From a virus (lineage: Duplodnaviria > Caudoviricetes), in IMG/VR virus record IMGVR_UViG_3300018430_000021, positions 227,103 through 291,102 of that record: 64,000 nt of DNA, one strand, 5' to 3'. Positions 56,963 through 64,000 of this stretch are shown here, one piece after another; the first letter of the stretch is position 1, and the number at the start of each line of letters is the position of its first letter. The notes beneath the pieces were generated by a model. It saw only the letters and a list, made by a program, of their open reading frames with translations. It was not told the DNA's origin and did not search any database. The position numbers were made by a program, and so were the translations under genes.

Positions 56963-57700
56963 TTATCTCTCAAAAAGTCCATAGTTCTTCAACTCGTTCC
57001 AACGTGTAACAAGAAGCTCGCCATAGGTCTGGCTGCTCATATTATAGCTTCCGCAACTGAATGCGTCATTTACCTCGATAAGAGCGGTCTCACCGTTATC
57101 GAGAACACCTACGTCAAGGCAGTAAGCTTTAGGAGAATCCGTCCAGGCTTTCACCATGTCGTTCACTACTGACTTATCTACCATGACATTAGGATCGCCG
57201 AAATAATTGCAATAGTCCCTGGCCTCGCCGTTAATAACCGGAATACGATACTCAGTAACCCATTTTACCGGATCCGAGCAAATAATCCTGGTACTGTCAG
57301 AAGCACCGTCCGTAAGAAACCAATCATCCAATGAATTCAATACGAAACCGGTAAACTTCTTGAGCTTATCTTTCGGCTTGATAAATACAGATTTTGAAAG
57401 CTCGCCATTAAATGCCTTATCCTTCATATATCCAAGACTTCCTTCCCAGATACGGCGTTTCAGGTATTTCTGTAACGGCTCAGGATAATCGTCATGCTTA
57501 TAAAGAATCTTGCATTTCTTCATAGCATTGAACATGACAGGAATTTCACCGGCGATGAAATCAACGGCATAGAGATGAAACCGGTTCTGAAGAAAATGCT
57601 TCTTATAGAACGTGGTATATCTTCCCTCACCGAAATAATCGGCGAGTTTCTGCTCATCATGCCCGAGCTTTCCCTTATCATTTAATTGTAAGTAGTTCAT
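56963..57700 (-). CDS. ATP-grasp domain protein (DUF4343/R2K-like)
   Basis: DYPE.L..YL.R.I, FIKP...KKFTG, EYR, LDVG, LIEVND motifs. Confidence 0.75.
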   Translation of the reverse strand: MNYLQLNDKGKLGHDEQKLADYFGEGRYTTFYKKHFLQNRFHLYAVDFIAGEIPVMFNAMKKCKILYKHDDYPEPLQKYLKRRIWEGSLGYMKDKAFNGELSKSVFIKPKDKLKKFTGFVLNSLDDWFLTDGASDSTRIICSDPVKWVTEYRIPVINGEARDYCNYFGDPNVMVDKSVVNDMVKAWTDSPKAYCLDVGVLDNGETALIEVNDAFSCGSYNMSSQTYGELLVTRWNELKNYGLFER

Positions 57701-59413
57701 TCTGCTTTTACGTGTTTAAAACCTAAATTCATTGCTTCGGCGACAGTAATCTCGTCACCGTCCTTATAAGTCTTTCCAGTCTTTTCATTGGCTTCACCTG
57801 ATTTGAACGTAGAAGCCTGAACAGGATTTCCCGGATGGAAAGTATACATTACGTCACCGATACCTTCTTCAGGTCCGATAATCAGAATCGTGAAGTCAAC
57901 ATCCTGACGCTTATCCGTCTTGATACAAAGAGAAAGAAAACCTGTACTCTTCGGATCACGGAAATGGCAGACATCATCTGGGTTAAAATCGGAAAGGTTG
58001 AGCATTCCATGATGGCCATGAATATCTGTGGTAATCACTGCACTGCAACCAGGAGTAAGAACACCTGTAGAATCTATCCACGGTGACCAATTCGCGCTCA
58101 TCAGGGCCTTTTCTAAGTCTTCGACTGACGTGTAGTCGGTCGTGGAACCGAGGCCGTTAGAGAGCCTTTGCTTCAGACAAGAATTAAAGTAACCCGGAAG
58201 GGCATTCTTGGTCTTTTGGATTAAATCATAGATTTGCTTGTTAAAATAGTTCATACCTGAAATTTTTTCCATGCACTAGGGTTTTGTTCGATTCTCGCGA
58301 TAAGGTGACAAATAAATTCAGCCACTTCGTTATCGTGAGATGCCGGATAATTCAATATAACTGTTTTATCCGGATTCAACAGATGGATAAGCATATTGAT
58401 AGCTTCCTTATCGGATATTGTCGGCCAAAGATGCTTATCATTATCATGCAGACTTTTGAATTTTGCCATGTATTCCTTGGCGAGAGCTTTGTTCTTTTTT
58501 CGCATAGTCCACCAGTCAAGGAACCAAAAACCCAAACCAAGTCCGAGACAGAAACAAATTCCGATTACCACGACTCTGAGTAAAAACTCTACAGAAAGTA
58601 ACAACATTATTGGTTATCCTTATCTGCGTTCTTTTGCATTTCAACTTGGCTCTGGAACTGCGGGGACTTAGAAAGCATTTCTGCTTGCTTTGCAAGTTCG
58701 AGAAGATTTCCCATAAGAATATTCGAAATAATCTTTTCTTCAGCAGAGTCTGTATTATTATGAAGCAATTCAAGGCGTCGAGCCGTAGCTTTCAATTCAT
58801 CGATAGCAATCATTTTTATCCTAACAAGTTAAGTTTTTCAATCAGTGCAAGGCGAGCTTTTTCACGGATTTCCTGAAGTTGTATTTCGTCAAGAATTTTC
58901 GGATTTTCATTCTTTTCGCTGATAGTCATACGTTCCATAGAACAGATATGCTTTCCGTTTTCAGAAACGTCGATAGCCGTATAGCCGGACTGTTTCGGCA
59001 TATTCAAACGGATATTACAGTCAATAGATACTTCAATTTCGTACTTTACTGCGTCATCCTGATGATAGACATTCTTTACTTCCCTGATTTTTACAAGTCT
59101 GTAACCAGTATCACCTTCATAAGAATAACGGTCAGAGCCGTGGAGCTTTACCCACTTTCCTTCGTACTTATCCTTATACTTCTGGATAACCTTTTCGTAA
59201 TATTCTTTGTTTTCGAGTTCTTTGAGCTTGGCGTTGCACTGGTCAAGCAAGGCACGAATCTGCTTAGCGTTCATACCGCTGACGTCGATGACTTTGAGAT
59301 CAGTATTAATCTTATGCTTCATAGCGAGGACTTTGGTGTCCGTTGTTTTAATCTTATTCTTCATGCGCTAAATATAATAAAAAATACCCGTTTTGTAAAC
59401 GGGTATTTTTTCG

Positions 59414-59526
59414 TCGGAGAGGCACGGCTCGAACGTGCGACCTGCGGGTTATAAGCCATTAATAGGAACAACCTGTGCCATGAGCGGGTAGTAAAGTACG
59501 CTGCTCTACCACTGAGCTACTCTCCA
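59414..59526 (-). ncRNA. tRNA scaffold with the module inserted in the anticodon arm
   Basis: Canonical acceptor, D and T arms; insert with GCACAGGTTGTTCCTAT. Confidence 0.7.
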
Positions 59527-59736
59527 AAAGTAAACTTAAAAGTGTCCGATACGATTCACATATCTTTATCACGAACTACGACACGAAGCCCGGAGCGAAC
59601 ACGTTACAACTATTACGCTCATAGCCGGCCGCATTAACGCATCGGCGACGCCACACGCTCATATATAGTCATTTGCGCAAAACTATATACTTTTACGGTT
59701 GAAGACTCCGTATCGGCATGGATTCTTTTAAAAGTT

Positions 59737-59792
59737 GGCGGGAAGTAAAACCAATAAGAACAATGCATGTTAAAATAGGAACTTCCTGTGCC
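59737..59792 (-). ncRNA. free-standing GCA-N6-GUUCCUAU module hairpin
   Basis: GGC-ACA-GGAAGT-TCCTAT ... ACTTCC-C-GCC. Confidence 0.65.
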
Positions 59793-59897
59793 TAAAATCA
59801 AAGGGGCGCGACTCTAATGGCTCCAGCCCGAAATGAAACCCGTTTAGCTAATCCAGATTTCAAATGATGTTCGCCAAACATCTTCTCGCCAATTTTA

Positions 59898-59973
59898 TAG
59901 CGGGAGTTGGATTCGAACCAACGACCTTTGGATTATGAGCCCAACGAGCTAAACCGGACTGCTCTATCCCGCG
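59898..59973 (-). tRNA. initiator-type tRNA-Met(CAT)
   Basis: CGCGGGA start, 1:72 mismatch, loop CTCATAA. Confidence 0.9.
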
Positions 59974-60131
59974 TCAAAACTAAAAATATGGTAAGTGGCC
60001 GACACTGTTCAAGACACGCATTCAATTCCTCGTGCACTAGGCAGAACTCTGGAATTTACTTAATGTCAGCCTTAAGGCACACTTACCGTACCTACAGTCT
60101 TTTCTTTTAAGTAGAAAGAAAATATATGTAA

Positions 60132-60250
60132 AAATAAACTCAGTTGCTTTAAAGTAGAAGAACATGAAATAACTCGGCTGCTTTGAAGTAGAAGAGCTTT
60201 GAAATAACTCAGTTCTTTGAAGTAGAAGAACCTGAAATAACTCAGTTTTT
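60132..60250. repeat. about 3.5 tandem copies of a 33-35 nt unit (AAATAACTCAGTTGCTTTGAAGTAGAAGAACNTG)
   Basis: Head-to-tail repeats without spacers in a non-coding region. Confidence 0.85.
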
Positions 60251-60613
60251 TATGGAAACTTTGAAAAACCGTTTTCAAACACACTGCCGGAATCCCGATT
60301 CTCCACCGGCCATGACGTCTATCAACTGCACATTCTATCGGTCGACTTCTTATAGGGTACAAACTCCGTCATCTAGCATTTTATTGATCGTCTAGCTATA
60401 TCAAACTCACAAAATACTCTTCATGCCACGCTGCTACATGAATTCAGCGCTCACTAAACGTAGTATACATCGATTTCTCTATACAAGAGGTTTAGCTCAA
60501 CGCGTTGTCAGGCCAGGGCACTTACGCATTCCCGAGTGTTATCCCAGCTCTTCAGTCTTAATGATGGTGCGTCCGTCAAAAAGCACACGCGCTTAAGTAT
60601 ATTATATATAAAA

Positions 60614-60886
60614 AATTTCGTATGCTTACAGGCGTCCTAATTGCAAGGACCGATTAAGGAGCACAACAGGTGGTTAACCCAGAGTTTCTCTCCGCTCACT
60701 CTTATTTCAAGTGGCCTCACGTGGCATATTTTAGTAGAGCCAATACTACACCTCTGCGACCATCATTCTGGTATTCATCTAGTTCGCAGAGACAGATTCC
60801 TCATCCCAGAGTTTTCCCCATCTGGGTTAGCCCGTTAGCATGAAATCAAGAATGATGCAACACGGGTTCTACTCACATACGAAATT
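60614..60886 (-). ncRNA. unassigned ~270-nt structured RNA
   Basis: 11-bp terminal stem AATTTCGTATG/CATACGAAATT, nested stems, upstream promoter at about 60954-60985. Confidence 0.5.
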
Positions 60887-61912
60887 CATCTCTCTCCAAA
60901 AATTTCAATCTTCCGAGACACTCGGTGGTAGTCTCAATCATTTACGTTATATAATATAGTAAATGTTTTTGCGTTTGTCAACCCCTTTTTATAAAAAATT
61001 TTTATTTATCCGGGCTTATTTTTCAATATCAATAATTTGTTGTGCAGCAATTTCAGGTTCTATACCAGCATTATAGCAAGAATCAATTTCTTTTTCATAA
61101 CTTTCTGCATAAACATCATAATCAATCGATGTGCAATAGCCAAATCCTATACAGATTAAACCTTTAACTTTTTCAAAGTATACATCTCTATCCATTATTA
61201 TATTCCGGGGGGTTTTATTTTTACCAATGTTTATACGGTTCTTCGTCAAATCTTGGTCGTCCATTAGATACTTCAATCCCATGTTCATCCAAGAGCTTCA
61301 AAAGATGCTTGGCAAAGCGTAACTGCGAATTCATAAAGGCATAATCTGCATTTGCCCTATGCTCACGAGTATACTTTTCCATCTGGGAAATAAACGTAGG
61401 ATCCAATTCTTCGTAATAATCAATTTTCTTCGTAGCCATAATTTATTCCTTCGGCAAAGAATTTACCCACTGGTTAAAAGCGGCATAAGCCTGAGAATCT
61501 GCAAATACCTGCAAACTGTGCTTGAATTCATCACTATGCTTAACCGGAATATCTTCATTGAGCGTAGCGAGCGGCTTAACACGTTTACAATCAAGATTCT
61601 TGTTCAAACCGATTTCAATAGTCTTCTGACCCAAAAGCTTCGCAATTTCCATATTGGCACTATTATCAAAATCAAAAATAATACGAGTACCGGAATAGTG
61701 ACCGCTGTCGATTCGCATTCCGTCAAACAAACCGTTTAAACCGAGACCACAATTACGACGTGTTCCGAAATTGGGTACTTGCTGACGGTAATATTCCATA
61801 ACATCTTCAGATGTGATATGTTCTACTTGTTCGATTCGTACCATATTGTTATTCCTTTTTGTTTATATGCATAATATAGAAAAAGGGCTGACTTTCGTCA
61901 ACCCTTTTTATC

Positions 61913-61988
61913 TCTCCCCTCCTGGATTCGAACCAGGGTTATTTCTGCTTGTAGGGCAGACGCCATTAACCTGCTAGGCGAAGGAGAG
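61913..61988 (-). tRNA. tRNA-Val(TAC), C33
   Basis: Loop CCTACAA. Confidence 0.8.
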
Positions 61989-61992
61989 TTAA

Positions 61993-62051
61993 GGCGGGCA
62001 GTAGTTTTGCGATAATCCTAATTCATCTGTTAAATAGGAACTGCCGTTGCC
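61993..62051 (-). ncRNA. free-standing GCA-N6-GUUCCUAU module hairpin
   Basis: GGC-AAC-GGCAGT-TCCTAT ... ACTGCC-C-GCC. Confidence 0.65.
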
Positions 62052-62264
62052 TAAAATCTTTTTGACTATATCTTCATAGTCTCTTAATTGGCAGCCACTC
62101 TCGGACATTCAGGTGACCCATCAAGATCTTCAATTATCAGTCCTGATTTCTTACGCTTAGAGTAAGAACTCTACTATTTGGTGCCTTCCGACATATAGCG
62201 TAAATCAACATAACGTATATAGCTATATGAAACTCGTTTCCTAGCGATCTTGCTAAACTTTTAG

Positions 62265-62337
62265 TAGCGGGGGTCGGACTCGAACCGACGACTTCAAGGT
62301 TATGAGCCTTGCTTGCTAGCCACTGCATCACCCCGCG
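62265..62337 (-). tRNA. initiator-like tRNA-Met(CAT)
   Basis: CGCGGGG start, 1:72 mismatch, loop CTCATAA. Confidence 0.85.
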
Positions 62338-62480
62338 TCAATAAAACTCGAATGTACTGTTACTGGAGGTCTCTGATTATACCAGCTCTTCCCGCAGCTG
62401 ACATCCCGTTGCTGCACCCGGCTTAGCATTATAAAGAGTCTGCAGCTTCTAAATAACGCCTAACAGTATATTATTTATAG

Positions 62481-62553
62481 CGCTGGAAGAGAGAATCGAA
62501 CTCCCAACTGCCTGATTACAAATCAGGTCTTCTACCTATTGAAGTATTCCAGC
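62481..62553 (-). tRNA. tRNA-Thr(TGT)
   Basis: Loop TTTGTAA. Confidence 0.9.
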
Positions 62554-62857
62554 AAAAGGTGTAATTGTGCTTGTCAAGCTTGGTTCGATCTAGTTATCTG
62601 CAAGTAATCCCAATCGGGTGCTTTACATTAACCTGCAACCATCATGTCCCTTCGCTCCAATTACAAGAGCGTTACGTTATTAAAGCTTACGCCACGGGTA
62701 ACGAACCCCCTGCACTCATATTTATGGATTGCTCCACGCGTTGTGTTGGAACCCACGCTTCCGTTTTGACACCAGTGGAATATTCCTGGGGTTTTACTTT
62801 CGGTTAAAGCAAGTAAGTAACTTTGAGGATCACAATGCAATCGACCCACAGGTTGTA

Positions 62858-62933
62858 TCGGCGTACCTGGATTCGAACCAGGGAAACCTCTTGATCCCAA
62901 ATCAAGCGCTCTACCAGACTGAGCTACACACCG
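62858..62933 (-). tRNA. tRNA-Pro(TGG)
   Basis: Loop TTTGGGA, C1-G72, A73. Confidence 0.9.
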
Positions 62934-62985
62934 CAAGTTTTTAAGGTGGTTCCACCACCAGCTGACTACAGCTATAACGTTTTAG

Positions 62986-63058
62986 CTGTCCTTCCTGGAC
63001 TCAAACCAGGGACCAAGTGATTAACAGTCACCGACTCTACCTACTGAGCTAAAGGACA
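62986..63058 (-). tRNA. tRNA-Asn(GTT)
   Basis: Loop CTGTTAA, U1-A72, G73. Confidence 0.9.
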
Positions 63059-63140
63059 ATGTTTTAATCATTCATTTACGTCGTATAATATAGTAAATTA
63101 TGCTCCGTTTGTAAACCCCTTTAATTAAAAAAATTTTTAA

Positions 63141-63866
63141 TCAACTGAGTTTTTCTTTAATACTTTCCCAAGTTAAATTGTTTTTATCCAATATGATTAT
63201 TCGTATTCCATTCTGTTGTTGTACAATCGCAATCTTTTCAACATCAGTAATACCAAATTTTTTAGTTTTATTATTTATTAAATAATCATTTTTTGGATCT
63301 AGATATACATCATATTCAGGAAGGTAAAAATCAGGATAATAACGATGTTTTATACCTTTAGTATCTTCCCAAATAAAATATGTAGGTCTTTCCCATTTTA
63401 CTTGGTTTTCATCAAGCGTTTTTGCTACCTCAAATTCATATGTAGAATCAAGACTTGTTCCTTTATATTCTATAGTTTTTGAAGTATGCCAACCACCTAA
63501 ATGACGTTCAAATGCAATTTCTCTCAGTTTTTGTTTATGCTCTTCAGATTGCGGATGACTAAAAATTCGTTTTCCTTCATCAGTTCCTTTATAACGCTCT
63601 GAAAATGTTTCACCTTGTTTCCTTACGCGTTCATCACTATCTTTAGTTAATCCTTTATTCCAAGCATAACTACCCGGAGCTAATTTTCTTTTACCATTTT
63701 CATCTATAATATATTTTTGACTAGTTTTAATAGTATTTAAATCACATTCCTTTTTATGTTCATTTAAAAGACGTCTAGTCCTAAATATATTTTGACAAAA
63801 TGGGCAAATCCAATTATTATATGCATTTGCTTGTTCTCTAACAACTTTATATCTACAATTTTTCAT
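63141..63866 (-). CDS. putative homing endonuclease (Zn finger, NUMOD-like, PD-(D/E)xK/TnsA-like)
   Basis: CPFC..F...L..H, AWNKGLTK, DSTYE...LD...W.RP, YYPDFYLP...YLDPK; AT-rich and located between tRNAs. Confidence 0.7.
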   Translation of the reverse strand: MKNCRYKVVREQANAYNNWICPFCQNIFRTRRLLNEHKKECDLNTIKTSQKYIIDENGKRKLAPGSYAWNKGLTKDSDERVRKQGETFSERYKGTDEGKRIFSHPQSEEHKQKLREIAFERHLGGWHTSKTIEYKGTSLDSTYEFEVAKTLDENQVKWERPTYFIWEDTKGIKHRYYPDFYLPEYDVYLDPKNDYLINNKTKKFGITDVEKIAIVQQQNGIRIIILDKNNLTWESIKEKLS

Positions 63867-63908
63867 ATTGTATTTATATGAGTTGGTAGAGCAGTTGTTT
63901 ATTTTTTA

Positions 63909-63979
63909 CGCTTCCACCTGGACTCGAACCAAGAAATCCGGACTACTAAACCGGCATTTTACCATTGAATTATAGAAGC
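63909..63979 (-). tRNA. tRNA-Thr(AGT)
   Basis: CCGGT-TTAGTAG-TCCGG anticodon arm; full cloverleaf. Confidence 0.7.
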
Positions 63980-64000
63980 TAAAAATTTGGCGGGCCGTAA

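Noticed and set aside
4277-59454. Numerous plus-strand ORFs antisense to minus-strand genes
   Set aside because: Shadow frames without RBS, promoter or recognisable motifs
60132-60250. CRISPR array
   Set aside because: Repeats are head-to-tail with no unique spacers, and no cas genes are present
62560-62855. RNase P RNA
   Set aside because: Only faint resemblance; the conserved GAGGAAAGUCC P4 strand is not visible
1-64000. Alternative genetic code (TAG/TGA recoding) as in some large phages
   Set aside because: ORFs tile densely under the standard code, TAG and TGA both act as stops at gene junctions, and no suppressor tRNA was found (the CCTACAA loop reads Val TAC in register)

Overview
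This window is part of a large (jumbo-like) T4-related bacteriophage genome read with the standard genetic code. It is mostly minus-strand and dense in short hypothetical ORFs, with T4-type late promoters (TATAAATA) and repeated sigma70-type promoter/terminator cassettes. Recognisable genes are a late glycosyltransferase cluster, coaD, coaE, aroE, a chorismate mutase domain, a small alarmone hydrolase, NADAR, an ATP-grasp protein, two homing endonucleases, a degenerate terminase-ATPase paralogue, a truncated alanyl-tRNA synthetase and about 33 conventional tRNA genes plus several tRNA-like RNAs. The standout system: each of the three complete tRNA operons is preceded by a short leader-peptide ORF whose codons match the tRNAs downstream (Leu/Ser-AGY/Trp; Asp/His/Lys-AAG/Arg-CGN/Gly; Ala/Glu/Phe). 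Each leader is followed by an intrinsic terminator whose 5' arm is complementary to the end of the leader ORF. This is the layout of ribosome-mediated attenuation, here apparently inducing phage tRNAs when the corresponding charged tRNAs are depleted. A fourth leader with four tandem Ala codons precedes alaS, and the 445-aa AlaRS contains no alanine at all. The window also holds a nine-copy covarying RNA module (GCA-N6-GUUCCUAU), found free-standing and grafted onto tRNA scaffolds, a triple-T-loop RNA, anticodon-less and D-armless tRNA mimics, and other unassigned structured RNAs.
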